From: Mobula hypostoma
Taxonomy: Eukaryota
DNA: 64,000 nucleotides
Assembly: GCF_963921235.1 (NCBI RefSeq)
Contig: NC_086107.1
Location: 104,038,001 to 104,102,000 of the forward strand
Direction: 5' to 3'
The position numbers and the translations under genes were made by a program. The notes under the pieces are model-generated. The model did no database searches. It worked only from the letters and a program-made list of their open reading frames with translations, and was not told the origin of the DNA. Positions 38,265 to 52,333 of the stretch are shown one piece after another (within the stretch, counting starts at the first letter, position 1; the number at the start of each line of letters is the position of its first letter).

Positions 38265-39863
38265 TGATCTCTCTCTCAAGCTCAGACCATCTCTCTATAA
38301 CCCTTTCCTTCGCAGAATCACAGCCACTGCTAACTTTGTGCACACTGCCTTCCACTAACCAACTGGGATTGGAGCAACCAGTTCTATCCCTTCCTTTCTG
38401 GGATCTGAAACTCATCTTCACCTCTCTAATCCTAGAAAACTCCATTCCTTCGCCTCCTCCCCTGCCTGGCATCAACCTTTAAGAACATTGTTTCTCTATT
38501 CTTCCCAACAGGACCTTTCATTTTAAGACCATAAGACACAAGATATTGGAGCAGAAGTAGGCCATTCAGCCCATCAAGTCTGCTCCGCCATTCAATCTTG
38601 GGCTGATCCAATTCTTCCAGTGATCCCCACTCACCTGCTTTCACCCCATACCCTTTGATGCCCCGGCTAATCAAGAACCTATCTATCTCTGTCTTAAATA
38701 TACCCAATGACTTGGCCTCCACAGCCGCTCGTGGCAACAAATTCCATAGATTTACCACCCTCTGACTAAAGTAATGTCTCCGCAATTTTCTACCTACTAT
38801 TCTCTTGCCTGTTCACCTGACCCATCCACTTTCCTTTCTGTGCCCTCCTCATACTTCCCCACTTGGCAGCCTTGGATATGGTGGTCTGTCTTTGCACTGC
38901 GGTCTGCCACCCCTACCCTGTTATTGGGATTGAGAAAGTTGAAGCTTATTCCATTGCTTTTTCCCTGGATGAGAGCTTTTCCCAACCCCATCCATCCCCC
39001 ACCACACTCTATGTCACTGGGATCAGAGACACAGCCGCTATTGTCCGTGGCAATACTCCTCCCTGAATCAACCCAGCAAGAACTGCTCGGTGCTCCTTGT
39101 TGAGCCCTGTTTTGAACGTAATGTCTTCTGACTGTGACTCCTTAATAGGACATAATTCACTGGTTAGTCTGTTCTTAGAAGGTCTTTCAGGGTCAAGGAT
39201 GACCACGTCCCACCATGTCCTCTCCAGGTCAGCGTAGGACCAACGTGATGAGGCCAACATGGGACCCACAGACTGTGCCTGTGGGGATGGATGTGCTTGA
39301 CAGGACAGTTGGGAGAGGAATTTGGGAGGTGGTGCTCTATACTGGGCTTCTGTGTTTATTTTTATTTACAGAGATACAATGCAGGCCCTTTGTGCGCCCC
39401 CCCCCCATTCAACCTTAGCCTCATCACGGGACAATTTACAATGACCGATATATTGGATTGTGGGAGGAAACCAGAGCGCCTGGAGGAAACTCGCGCAGTC
39501 ACATGCAAACTCCTTACAGGCAACAGCGGGAATTGAACCCTGGTCACCTGTACTGTAAACCATTGTGCTAACCACTACACTACAACTCTTCCATTGTGGT
39601 TATGATCCAGGGATTGCCAAGAATCGGTGGGAAGCCGCACAATTTTTAAGGATACTCTGTGAATACTCTTCTGGCATTTCTTCTGTCCGTCAAAAACAGG
39701 GCTCCAACCAGAGTGTCTTTTTTTTAAGGATATCTGGATTGCAAATCAATAATTAGGGTAATTAGTGTCATTGATCGGGATGTTAGGTATACTAATCCTG
39801 TGGAATTTTGGATATAATGGCGATAATTATGTTCTAATCACTGATTTTTATTTTGCTTTTAAG

Positions 39864-39898
39864 GTTCATTGATCCAAGAAAACACAGTGCCAAGTGCT
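39864..39898 (+). CDS. Uncharacterised UBZ-finger gene, 35-nt exon
   Basis: ttttattttgcttttaag acceptor and gtaagt donor, phase 1-0. GSLIQENTVPSA. Confidence 0.6.
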
Positions 39899-40423
39899 GT
39901 AAGTTAATCTCATACACTTTTCTCCTTTGTTGGTGAGGCCTCCCGAAAATATGGGCTTTGGGGATTTGGAACCTACCCCAAAGGCCCCATTACTCTTGTC
40001 AAATTACATGGGGTGGTGTGCGCTGCAATCAGACTCCACTTTTAGTGGGTCTTTCATACTATGGCAATGAACTCTTGATCTTTCAATCTACCTTGCACCT
40101 TATTTGGACGTGGTGAGGATGTTTCCAACAATGGGGGAGTCTAGACTCAAGAGGGCACAGCCTCAGAATAGAAGGATGTTCCTTAACAGAGAAGAGGAGG
40201 AATTTCTTTAGCCGGAGGGTGGTGAATCTGTGGAAATCATTGCCATAGATGGCCGTGGAGACCAAGTCATTGGGTACATTTAGAGTGGAGGTTAGTAAAG
40301 GGCATCAAACAGAGAAGGCAGGAGAATGGGTGAGAGAGAAAATAAATCAGTCATGATCAAATGTCTTAATTCTGCTCTTATGTCTTAAAGTGTTATTTGT
40401 CTACCTTCTTTGCCTTCTTTCAG

Positions 40424-40463
40424 TTAGTCCTGACGAAGGGTCTCGGCCCGAAACGTCGACTGT
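40424..40463 (+). ncRNA. Minimal type I hammerhead ribozyme motif (PLE-associated)
   Basis: tagtc CTGACGA agggtctcggccc GAAA c GTC gactg: stem I agtc/gact, stem II gggtc/ggccc, palindromic stem III. Confidence 0.7.
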
Positions 40464-41126
40464 ACCTCTTCCTAGAGATGTTGCCTGGCCTGCTACGTTC
40501 ACCAGCAACTTTTATGTGTGTTGCTTGAAATTCTAGTATCTGCAGATTTCCTCGTGTTTGTCTCCCTGTAATGCATTTTCTCTACAAGCGTAACACCATG
40601 TTCTGCATTCTGTTTTGTGCCATCTCAATGTATTTGTATTTGGATTGATCTGTCTGTTCGGTATGCAAACAAAAGCTTTTCGCTTTATCTCGATACATGT
40701 GGCAGCAATAAACCAGTTACTGGGCACTGGGCACCACCAGCAACACACCATGATAGCCAATTCCAATTAGCCAGTGCAAGCCAGTGTCATCAGCCCAGCC
40801 AACACTTTTCACGTCTCCCCATGAAATGGATTTTTGGTAGGGTACAGTTTCACATACTCTGCACATTCCACTACCACGGGAAGGTAAAGGACCAGGGGCA
40901 TAGCCGGCAGAGCTGCTGCCTCACGACACCCGCCCCCCAGGTTCAATCCTGACCTTGCTGCTGCCCCTGTGCAGTTTGCACGCTCTCCTTGTGACCGAGT
41001 GAGCTTCCTTTGGGCACTCTTTTTTAAAGAAATTTCCCCACATCCCAAAGGCTGGTAAGTTACTTGTCCGTTCCATATTGACCTGTAAGTCAGCAGCAGA
41101 ATCTCTGGGGAATTGATGGGAATCTG

Positions 41127-41360
41127 GGTGTTGGGCACGTGGCCAAGTGGTTGAGGCGTTCGTCTAGTGATCTGAAGGTCGCTAGTTCGAGCCTCAGCTG
41201 TGGCAGCGTGATTGTGCCCTTGAGCAAGGCACTTAACCACACATTGCTCTAGTCTGTGCGAGGAGTGGTGCCCCACACAGACTTCCAATCTGCGCCTTGT
41301 AAGGCATGAAAATGCCCGACGCAGGCCTCTGGCCTCTCATGGTCTGAGTCGACGTTCCCT
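41127..41360 (+). mobile_element. tRNA-derived SINE with CORE-like body
   Basis: A box tggccaagtgg, B box agttcgagcc; matches 12178-12402. Confidence 0.82.
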
Positions 41361-43516
41361 CCCCCCGCCCCCTCCCCTGGGTGGAGGGGTGGTGGGGAGA
41401 TAAAAATGAGATTCATGGATTAGTGTAAATCGGTGGTTGGTGGCCAATAAAGACTCAAAGGATCTGTTCCCATGGGGTATCTTTCTATGACTCTATGCCT
41501 GAGCAAACACCCACTCGAGCCTGTCCTGCTCTGTTCAGTATGAACATAGCTTCATTTTCCTCCTAAATCTCCATAACCCATTGTGTGAAAAGTCTATCTC
41601 ATCTGTAAGCAGACGGAATGTCTCTCTGCCTGTGGCTGTCAAAAACTCCAATTCTCACATAGGCAGAAAGTAGCCTGTGCCCTTACTAGATCAATGATGT
41701 ACAGTTGCTGGTAAGCTGAATGCTAGTTTGCTGTGAATAACAGTTAATTTGAACATTAAATTTATTCCAATCTGTATGCGTTTCATAGGATTACATTGGA
41801 GAAATGTGCTATGTTTGATATTGAGGGAGAGTGCAGAGACCATGAGAACGCCTGCAGCAGGCTTTTCAGCTGAACTTTATTGAGAACTCTACTTGTGCAA
41901 TTTGTGAGCTCCTTCCATGCCGGAGTGGCACAGGATTAACCCATAAATGACTGCAACAAAATGATTCCAAAACAGTGTATTCAGCCTAATCGGCCCATAC
42001 TGACATTTGTGTTTCATTCAAGCCTCGTCCTTCATTTTTAGCTAAATTTCAGTGTGATCTCTTCATCCCTAATCTGTTCAACCACACCAAGTTCCACAGG
42101 CCCCCGACTATTTCTTCTAAATTCCACATTGAATTTCTTGGTGACTGTTTTATAGCACTGACATCTGGTTATGTTGTTCCCATAAATAGAACATTTTTTT
42201 TCAATCTCTCCTTGAGTAAAACTGTCCATAATTGTAAAACCTCAAGTAGGTGTAAAACCTCAGCCCGCCTTTCTCAAGAAAAAAAAGACTGCTCATCTTC
42301 TCCTAATATGTACACACCTATGTCTTGGTTATCATCCTTGTAAATCTTCTCCGTTCTCTGCCACCATTCCCCTCACCCCTGGAAACTCTATATAGTTGTT
42401 TGTTTAGCAATACAGTGTGGAACAGACCCCCCCAGCCCTTCGAGCCACACTGCCCAGCAACCCACCTATTTAACCCTAGCCTAATCGCAGGACAATTTGC
42501 AATGACCAATATAACCTACCAACCGGTACGCCTTTGGACTGTGGGAGGAAACCGCAGCCTCCCAGATACAAACTCCATATGCTCTTACAGCTTGGTGTGT
42601 TGGACCTCAGAGGTCAAAGGTTCATTTTCATATCGAAGTATGTATGCAGAATACAACTCTGAGGTTCGTCTTCTCCAGATAGTCATAGAGTAAAGAAAAC
42701 CATATAAATATTTGAAAGAAAGACATCAATCACCCCCACACGAAAAGGAAGAGATTTAAAAAAACACAAACTCACAAACCCCAAACACCCCCAACCCCTC
42801 TTTTGCACAAAAAACTAACAGATCACCCAAACTCCCAGCCCGCCAATCGGCAGCAAGAAAGAATGGGTGAGAACACAAAAAAAAACATGGAGCTAAAAGA
42901 GGCCGATATGAACTACAGTCCAATCCATAAATCTCAAAACTTCAGTAACATTTACGAGAGCATCGGGACCCAGCGGCAGCGACTATGAACTCTGAACTCT
43001 GCCCAGAGTTGCAATAACATTGAACTAACTGCCACACTACCAAGGCGCCAGTTCCAGTCAAGGTTGGATGCAAGCTTAAGTGTAATTAGTGCAATATAAA
43101 TCTTACTGAAAATAAACTCTGGTACTTTTTTGATATATATATATAGTAACTTGCCAACTTGTGGTTCAACGTTAAGTCATCAGTATATTTGTGCTCCAAG
43201 TTTGTAGCATTCACTTGGTCTTCTGAAATGCACCATCTTGTACCTATCCGTGTTGTCTTTCATTTTCCAATAATTTGTGCATTACGTATTTACTCAGATC
43301 ATCAGCATCATTTATGGAGAGGAATGGACAGTCGATGTCCCTTCCATAGATGCTGCCTGACCTGCAGAGTTCCTCCACCATTTTGTGTGCTGCCTCAGAT
43401 TTCGAGCTGCAGAATCTCTTGTATTCAATGTTAAAGTTCTTTCTTTGAGTTATTATAGTTCTCTTAAGTACTGTAACCCTGATGATTTGGCAAGTTTAGA
43501 TATAACAATTTTAATT

Positions 43517-43730
43517 TGTTGTTGTTCAGTCGTTAATTCGAGTCCGACTCTTCGTGACCTCATGGAGGATAGGGTCCATAGGGTTTTCATGGCACGATAC
43601 GGGAGTAGATTGCCTGACCATTTTTCCGCACAGATACACCTGCTGCCCAGGTTGGGACCCGACTGGGTTTGAACTCAGGACCTTCTGCCTTGAAGTCCAT
43701 TGCTGATGCCACTGCACCACCAGCCAGCCC
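43517..43730 (-). mobile_element. tRNA-derived SINE with RTE/BovB-like 3' tail
   Basis: A box tggtgcagtgg, B box gagttcaaacc, tail ccatgaggtcacgaagagtcggac..gactgaa(caa)n. Confidence 0.7.
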
Positions 43731-45836
43731 AGTGATTTTAATTCCAGAATCTAAATTGTTGGTGTAAGTTGTGAACAGCTTTGGGGCCAGCATTGATTCT
43801 CTGCTATTGAACACCATCAGAACATTAGAACTCAAGAAAATAGGAGCAGGAGTAGGCCATTCAGCCCCTCAAGCCTGCCCTATATTCAGAATGATGATGG
43901 ATGATTTGTCCTATGACCGAACTGTCCGGTCACCTTCATCCACTGTGAACAGCAACCTTTCACTTGTACTCAGCTGTCTGTCAATGCCAGCTGGCAAACC
44001 TTCCTCAGCACCACATTGGCAAATAGAGCTGCCACTTCACAGCTACAATGACCCGAGTTCCATTGGGACTTCTGATGCTCTCTGTGTAGAGTCTGCACTT
44101 TCTCCCTGTGACTGCACAGGCCTCCCCGGGTACCCCAGTTTCCGCCTACGTCCCAAGAATGTGAAAACTGACTACTCGAAATGGTCTCTCGTTGTGTAGA
44201 TGGGTAGTGAAATGTGGGGGAAGTTGATGGGAGTGCGGAGTGAGTTAAAGTAGGATTAATGTAAATGGGTCAGCACGGACCCAGTGGGCCAAAGGGCCTT
44301 TTTTGTGCAATATGATTTATAGCTTTGTTTATTATTGTCATATGTGCCGAAAAACTTGTCTTGCATACTTTGAGGTACAATGAAAATCTTCAAGCCAAAC
44401 AAGACAGTGTTACTACAGGGTCAAGATGCACAACATAATACCAACAGGCACACACAGCACAAAGAACACACAGCACATATAAGATAAGAAGATACAGCCT
44501 CTCAATAAAAGAGTCCCACACAATGCCGCTCAAATCTGCTGATGACCGCAACAGAGCTTGTCTTTTGCCGAGCGAACACTAGGGGGCAGCACCGACTCCA
44601 GCCTGGACACTGCGCCACACTGCCCCCTGGTGGAGCATGCCAGCTCCGAAACCTCTCTCCCAGCGGCTATAGACAGGCGACACCGCGACTGGAGGCCTAG
44701 TCGTTGCACATACAAGACAGCAAGCACATGTAGGATATAAATAATACAATCACGGAAAACATGTATGTATATAGTCCATATGAACACTTGGGGTGGGGAG
44801 TGGGGGCAGCACTAAATCCAGCCCGGATGCTGTGCCAGTGGAATGCACTGGCTCTGATGCCTCTCTCCCGGCGGCCGTAAACGGGCGACACCGCACACCT
44901 CAGCATTACCACCCACATACACATTAGGGACCATCTGCAGTAACCAATCTGCACATATTTAGGACAAGGGGGGAAACTGGAGCACCTGGAGAGACCATGG
45001 AGATTCTATGAATATTCTGCTGTTTGTCCTCAGCTCTTCATTCTGACCTTGATCTATTTTATCTACAATACCATTCTTTTACTTTCCTGTTAGCTGCCCA
45101 AAAGAGCTCATGGTCATCCACTGCAACCAAGGAATACCCCAGCTGGTGACGTTCGTTCGGACCACTAGACCTGGACTTCTGAGGTTGAGAGAGTGGAAAT
45201 GCCCTAGTGGAACGTTCTCTCCTATTCTCGTTGGACACAACAGACAACCAGCACCACAGCAGGCTCAAAGAAATTGGTCAACCAAATTCACTTTGGATTT
45301 CTGATGTTTTTCACACACTATTTATCTTGATCTTTCTTTTCGACTTAGAGTTTCCCTCGTTCCAGACTTTCATCTCTCCCCACACTAACCACGGTCTGGT
45401 TTAAAGCATCACCGATTTGCACACACATCCAGAAAGGGGCTGCATCACGTGAGCTGTCTTGACCGAAACAATTTTAAACCTTCTATTGTGGAGGTCTTCC
45501 CTGTGAGGGGAAGGGACAGTAAAGTTGTCGGGTTTCCTGTACAGGCCACTGAGGGATGATTGATGGGGAGAGTTTGCCTCCTGTTATTTGGGGGTTAATG
45601 TTACACATACAGAGTGCTGGAGGAACTCAGCAGGCCAGGCAGCATCTATGGAAAAGAGTAAACAGTCAACGTTTCAGGCCTTCAGCAGGTCTCGGCCTGA
45701 AACGTCAGCTGTTCACTCTTTTCCATAGATGCTGCCTGGCCTGCTGAGTTCCTCCAGCATTTTGTGTGTGTTACTTAGATTTCCAGCATCTGCAGATTTT
45801 CACTTGTTTATGGGGGTTAATGTTCTTGTCTTTCAG

Positions 45837-45927
45837 CAGGCAGCCTGTACCCACGACGTCCAGCAAGCTGACAAAGGGGAATCTGCTTTCTCATCAGAAA
45901 CCTCTGAGGTTCCACACCCTGACACAG
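45837..45927 (+). CDS. Uncharacterised UBZ-finger gene, 91-nt exon
   Basis: ttcttgtctttcag acceptor and CAG|gtaaca donor, phase 0-1. QAACTHDVQQADKGESAFSSETSEVPHPDT. Confidence 0.6.
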
Positions 45928-46594
45928 GTAACATCAGCAACTGCCCTATGTGTCAATAGCCCTACCATTCTCTGTGAATGATTTTCCTTGCTGTCTTGGG
46001 CCAAGTGGATTGAAAAAGCAGGGCGTCGGGACCAGAGGCAAGGGTCGGGCTGATTCTGCTGTCTGCTCCACGACATTTACTCTGCTCTTCGGTGCACAGA
46101 GGCCAAAGCCGTGGACCTGAACCGGCTGCTCTGGGCTTCGTGTCCGAGGACTCACTTTCATTCTAAATGCTATTTGTTTACTTTTCTTGTTTGTACAATT
46201 GTTTTTTTTCCTCTCACCGCACGTTGGGTGTTTGTCTTTTTTTTAAACGGGTTCTTTTGGGTTTCTTGTTCTGTGGCTGCCTGTAAGGAGATGAATCTCA
46301 GGGTTGTATAATGTATACACACTTCGATAATAAATGTACTTTGAACTTTATTGCCCAAATCCCCCTGTTCTGTCTCAAGAGGTGCACATGATCGCAAAGG
46401 TTAACTCAACAGACACTGCCCCTCCCTGGGGTAGACATACCACACCGATGGAGGAGTACAGGTCAGTGCTAGTACTGGGGCACAGGCCCTCTGCTGACAG
46501 TGGATCATCTTTCCCGTTGATGGTGGAGCATGTCCCAGTCGATGTTGACTCTCATTGCTATACAGAACCTGAGGCTAATTGTTCCCAAGAAGCA

Positions 46595-47250
46595 TATAAC
46601 CATATAACAATTACAGCACAGAAACAGGCCATCTCGGCCCTTCTAGTCCGTGCCGAACGCTTACTCTCAGCTAGTCCCACTGACCTGCACTCAGCCCATA
46701 ACCCTCCATTCCTTTCCTGTCCATATACCTATCCAATTTAACTTTAAATGACAATATCGAACCTGTCTCTACCACTTCTACTGGAAGCTCGTTCCACACA
46801 GCTACCACTCTCTGAGTAAAGAAGTTCCCCCTCGTGTCACCTCTAAACTTTTACCCCTTAACTCTCAGCGCAAGTCCTCTTGTGTGAATACTTTATACTT
46901 TATTTGTCGCCAAACAATTGATACCAGAACGTACAATCATCACAGCAATATTTGATTCTGTACTTCCCGCTCCCTGGATTACAAATCAATAGTAAATATT
47001 AAAAATTTAAATTATAAATCATAAATAGAAAATAGAAAAATGGAAAGTAAGGTAGTGCAAAAAAAAAACCAAGAGGCAGGTCCAGATATTTGGAGGGTAC
47101 AGCCCAGATCTGGGTCAGGATCCGTTCAGCAGCCTTATCACAGTTTGAACCTCCCCTACCCTCAATGGAAAAAGCCTATCCACGTCAACTCTATCTATCC
47201 CCCTCATAATTTTAAATACCTCTATCAAGGCACCCCTCAACCTTCTAGGT
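46595..47250 (-). mobile_element. CR1 3' fragment interrupted by another LINE 3' tail (about 46890-47145)
   Basis: RGALIEVFKIMRGIDRVD..; CR1-type 3' UTR. Confidence 0.8.
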
Positions 47251-47344
47251 TGAGAACCTTCTATGCATAAGTGTACAGGAATGTCAGAGTGCGGGCCATT
47301 AACGTTTACAATACTCTTATCTGTGTGTTTTGCTTTTAACTTAG

Positions 47345-47452
47345 AAAGGTGCCGGGAGAAAGACGAAATGCCAGAATGCCCCCTTTGCTTTCGTTCTATT
47401 CCTGCGGATCTAATATTTGAACATGCGGCATTCTGCAATGGTCCTAGTTGTG
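47345..47452 (+). CDS. Uncharacterised gene, exon with UBZ4-type zinc finger 2
   Basis: ttttaacttag acceptor and GTG|gtaagc donor, phase 1-1. PECPLCFRSIPADLIFEHAAFCNG is CX2CX11HX3C. Confidence 0.78.
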
Positions 47453-47737
47453 GTAAGCTGCCAGAGCAAGCGACCTGCGACTTCACAGACCCCCAGGAGC
47501 GAGTGACTTGCGACCACAGTGAACCCGAGGGGCAGGGGATCGGCGCCTGTTCAGAGCCCCACAAGGAAGTCATTCCCAGCTGCAGTCAAGCTGTGGGAAG
47601 CAGTGTTCTCACTGAGCTTCCCGGCCACATCATGCAAGTTTTCCACAGGTACAAATTGTTTCTTCCTCACATTTCCCAAACCGTCCAACACCCCGGGCCG
47701 GGGACCTGGGTCACGCTTGTGCTCTGCCTCTCTTCAG

Positions 47738-47789
47738 GGACAGTCTTAAGCGAAGCCGAGTTGAGTTTATTGCTTTGTGCAGAAGAACA
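47738..47789 (+). CDS. Uncharacterised UBZ-finger gene, 52-nt exon
   Basis: ctctgcctctcttcag acceptor and gtaagg donor. Phase 1-2 bridges the finger exon to the 162-nt exons. GTVLSEAELSLLLCAEE. Confidence 0.62.
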
Positions 47790-48307
47790 GTAAGGTACAG
47801 GTACAATTTTAAAAACCCGCTGCAGTGCATCAAGCTTCTGGTTCAGACATACACAACATAAATTGTACAAGGCAAGGCAAGTTTATTTGTATAGCACTTT
47901 TCAAACACAAGACAGTTCAAATTGCTTTACGTCGAACAAGATATAAAAGTCAAACATCAAATCTCAGACAATATAAAATAGAATAAAATCACACAAAAAT
48001 AGGTATGATAAATCGATTAAAAAAGAAATAAAAGCTACAGTGAAAAGAAAAGTTTTAAACCTCGATTTAAAAGAGCTTAAAGTTGGGGCAGACTTCAGAT
48101 CCTCTGGAAAGATATGTGGAGCTTAGTAACTGAAAGCTGCTTCACTGTGTTTATCTTTGACCCTGGGGGCGGTAAGCAGACCTGCCCCAGACAACCTGAG
48201 AGCTTGGGAAGGTTCATAATGCATCAGGAGATTGGAGATGTGACCAGTCAGTGCTTTAGAAACCAGTGGTAGTAACACAGGACAGTGAAGCGTGATGAGT
48301 CAATTCC

Positions 48308-48425
48308 CTCAGAGGAGCCACTGGGTCCTAATGCTCTCAGAGGAGCCACTGGGTCGTAATGCTCTCAGAGGGACCGCTGGGTCCTAATGCTCTCAGAGGG
48401 ACTGCTGGGTCCTGATGCTCTCGGA
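48308..48425. repeat. 28-bp tandem repeat, about 4 copies
   Basis: Unit ctcagaggagccactgggtcctaatgct. Confidence 0.9.
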
Positions 48426-50900
48426 GATGCTATTGAAATTCTGAGACTTATGGATTGGACTGTAGGTCACATTGGCCTGTTTCAGTCCTATCTTTCTTTT
48501 CATGTTCTCGCCCATTCTTTCATGTCGCCAACTGGTAGTCTGGGGGTTTTGGGTGATCTGTTAGTTTTTGTGCGAGGGAGGGGTCGTGGGGGCATTTGGG
48601 ATGTGCGAGTTTTTGTTTCTTTTTCTTTTCATGCAGGGGGGATTGATGTCTTTCTTCCAACTACTTGTATGATTTTCTGTAATTTATGGCTATCTGGAGA
48701 AGACTAATCCCAGAGTTGTATTCTGCATACATACTTTGATAACAAAATGGAACCTTTGAAGAGGGAAAAAAATGTATGCAAAAACAAGACATTAGTGCAA
48801 AAAATAACAATCAGAGACAAGTCTTTGGTAGTGCGAGGTTGGCGGGAGTATTCTGTGGCTGAGGTATGGTTAGGGCTGTGCAGGTCGGTTCAACAATCTG
48901 ATAGCTGTAGTAAGGTAGCTGTTCCTGAACTTTGGTGGTGTGGGACTTAAAACTTCTGCACCTCCTACCTAACACTGGAGAGCCTTGGGAGCAGGTTGGT
49001 GTCTCACTGTTTAAGGAACATTATGAACACACGTTCCTCCTGAACCTGCCTCCTTATTGACCTGATTGTAACTTCACTCAACATCGCCAGCACCCTGACC
49101 TTTCACCCTTTGAATTGTAAGGAATGCGTCTGTCTCCAACTTGGCACACGTGAAAATTTTGTTGACACGAGCCATGCCATGACACCCCTCAATTCTTTAA
49201 ACTCTTCTTATAACAAAGAAGATGCATAATCATTAATTAATGAAGCAGCAAATGAGTTTTGAACAAGTCTTGTAAAATGTTTCTTTTATTTCAGTCTGTT
49301 TTGGTTCAAATGGTTCCATTTATTATCAGAGAATGTATACAGTGTACAATCCGAAATCCTTATTCTTTGCATTCATCTGCGAAAAGCAGAACCCCAAAAG
49401 AAAGAACAACAGGAAGGCGTTAGAACCCCAAGGCCCCCTTTTATACTTTTATCAATCGTAAAACAAGTAACACATGTAACTAAACAACAGATTCATCCTC
49501 TTTTCCTTTTTAAAAAATGCCCATAATTATAATTACTAATTCACTAATCAATGAAAATCTCTGCTCAAAATTACCATGGCACGCAAGGGAATTTTTTTTA
49601 GAAGATTATCTTCAATTTGTACTCCTCCCCCTCCTTTTCCCCCCTTCCCTCCCACCTTTTTATTCTGGCCCCAGCCTCCTTTGTTTCCAGTCCTGAAGAA
49701 TGGTCTCGGCCCAAAATGTCAACTGTTTATTCTTCTCCATAGATGCTGCCTGACCTGCTGAGTTCCTCCAGCATTTTGTGTGTGTTGCTCAGGATTTCCA
49801 GCATCTGTAGCATCTCTTGTGTCTCCCTCTTGCGTTTCATGTGCTTACAACATCTTTGAATTTTTTTAATCTTAATGTTTTTGACCCTTTCCTTGCCTTC
49901 CTGATTTCTCCTTGAATACTCCTATTACAGTTCTTAGATCTTGCCTGCTATATTAGTCTCTCAGTGCCTGATACAGCTTCCCTCTTTTGATTCTGTCAGG
50001 CAGGCTGTTAATAGTGGGAGATGTCAATTACTAAAGCCAACATATATCCAGTATAAGGTGAAAAGAATTCTTTGGCTGCATTCAGGAGAACTTTGTATAC
50101 AGCACGCCCAATAATTGGTGCAAACCTACAGTTAGTTTTGGGGAAATTTGACAGCGGGGTGGGGGGGGAAGGAGTATCAGTAAGGAAGGGGGCAGGGATG
50201 GAGTATCAGTGAGGAAGCTCTTCTGATCATAATTCATTTAGTCGTGACACAGTTATCGAACGGGACAAACACTGTTTATTCCCCTCCATAGATGCTGCCT
50301 GACCTGCTGAGTTCCGCCAGCATTTTGTGTGGGTGTGTTGCTCAGGATTTCCAATACCTCTTGTGTCTCCCTCTTGCTTCGCATGTACTTTGCATTTCCT
50401 TTAATTTTACTTTTTTAACCCTTTCCATGCCTTCTTAATTTCTCCTTTACAGACATCCCACCTCTCCCGGAAGTTCTGGGAGTCTCCCGCATATTAATAG
50501 TGGCTCCCTGATGCCCGCAAATTATATAGAATATCATGGAGATCAGTTTTTTTGAGAGCAAGCGAGAGAAAGCAAGAGAGAGCGCAAGAGCGACCACGAG
50601 GGAGAGCGCGCGTGCGCGCGAGAGAGCGAGAGCAAGCAAGCGAGCGAGAGAAAGCAAGCGAGAGTGCTTGGGAGCGCGCCAGCGACCACGAGAGAGAGAG
50701 AGAGAGAGAGAGCGCGCCATGGCAGAGTGTTCCAAAAAAAATATAAAACGTACGTCACCCCAGACTACACTAAAGTGTACCCCTGCCTAACAGGGGTCAA
50801 AATAATGACAGTGTTGCTTGCTGCACTGTTTTTCTATTGCCCACAGTGGGTTCAGACTGTAAAAGACGTGTTGAGGTGAGTTTAACAGGTGTCATTTGTT

Positions 50901-52333
50901 CATGGTGGAGGATTACAAGATAGATAGATAGATATACTTTATTAATCCCGAGAGAAGTTTGGTTTCGTTACAGTCGCACCAACCAAGAATAGAGCGTAAA
51001 TATAGCAATACAAAAAACCCCAACAGTCAAACAACAAAATGCAAAACTATGCCGGATGGAAAATAAGTCCAGGACCAGCCTATTGGCTCAGGGTGTCTGA
51101 CCCTCCACAGGAGGAGCTGCACGTTCGATGGCCACAGGCAGGAACGACCTCCCGTGCCGCCAAGTGTTGTATCATGGTGGAATGTGGCCGAAGTCCAACA
51201 GTAAAGAGTTCAATATCCAGTCTGCAAACATGTTCCTCGATGGTAATGTACCCCGGATTGCACCATCCGTTGTTTGCCAGATCGGTAAACACCCCACTCC
51301 TTCACGCCGCTTACCACTCTCAGTGCACTTCCGGTCAGGCGGAACGGTATTACGCACCGAGCTCCTCTTCTCCAAAAGTCTCTGTTGTCTCGACCCGGTC
51401 CTCTTTCCTCGGCTTTGTGATCCCCTTCTGTGTGTTTTCCTCCGGATTTCAGCAGGGGTGTTTGCCGCTCTGTTCACTAAAGCCAACCGGAATTTTCTGG
51501 TCCGTGGAATACACAATGCGACCTTGCTTCTGTCCCGCATGTCGGGATGTAACCATTTCCAGCGCTAAAGAAAACCCAAATAAAACTCTCTCTACCAGCA
51601 TATTAGAGAGGGTGCAGCTTCGACGTGTTACCGTGAGAAAAAAATACAAAAAATAACGTAAATTAAAAATTTAAAAAACGTAAATTAATAACAAATACCT
51701 GGGGATACAAATTGACAATAAACTGGACTGGTCAAAGAACACTGAGGCTGTCTACAAGAAGGGTCAGAGCCGCCTCTATTTCCTGAGGAGACTGAGGTCC
51801 TTTAACATCTGCCAGACGATGCTAAGGATGTTCTACGAGTCTGTGGTGGCCAGTGCTATCATGTTTGCTGTTGTGTGCTGGGGAAGCAGGCTGAGGGTAA
51901 CAGACACCAACAGAATCAACAAACTCATTCGTAAGGCCAGTGATGTTGTGGGGATGGAACTGGACTCTCTGGCGGTGGTGTCTGAAAAGAGGATGCTGTC
52001 CAAGTTGCATGCCATCTTGAACAATGTCTCCCATCCACTACATAATGTACTGGGTGGGCACAGGAGTACATTCAGCCAGAGACTCATTCCACCAAGATGC
52101 AACACTGAGCGTCATAGGAAGTCATTCCTGCCTGTGGCCGTCAAACTTTACAACTCCTCCCTTGGAGGGTCAGACACCCTGAGCCAATAGGCTGGTCCTG
52201 GACTTATTTCATAATTTACTGGCATAATTTACATATTACTATTTAACTATTTATGGTTCTATTACTATTTATTATTTATGGAGCAACTGTAACGAAAACC
52301 AATTTCCCCCGGGATTAATAAACTATGACTATT
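50901..52333 (+). mobile_element. Rex1/Babar-like LINE 3' fragment, split at 50918/51691
   Basis: catggtggaggattacaa (MVEDYK) resumes as atacctgggg (YLG) after the insert; ends SSLGGSDTLSQ* plus tail. Confidence 0.88.
50919..51690 (-). mobile_element. Non-autonomous, internally deleted Rex1-like retroelement
   Basis: 3' end homologous to the host LINE (GGSDTLSQ*) with an (ATCT)n tail. 5' part resembles a LINE N-terminus (RIVYS..PAEIRRKTHR). No RT domain. Confidence 0.65.

Noticed and set aside
41127..41205. tRNA gene (also near 12330-12402 and 43660-43730)
   Set aside because: A and B boxes are present but continue into SINE bodies; no convincing cloverleaf.
41790..41880. Candidate exon after tttcatag
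   Set aside because: Stop codon in the required phase 0 and no good donor.
45094..45145. Candidate exon after ttcctgttag
   Set aside because: Phase is incompatible with the neighbouring exons and the donor is weak.
47263..47793. 176-aa single ORF
   Set aside because: Better explained as two short exons (47345-47452 and 47738-47789) joined by a stop-free intron.
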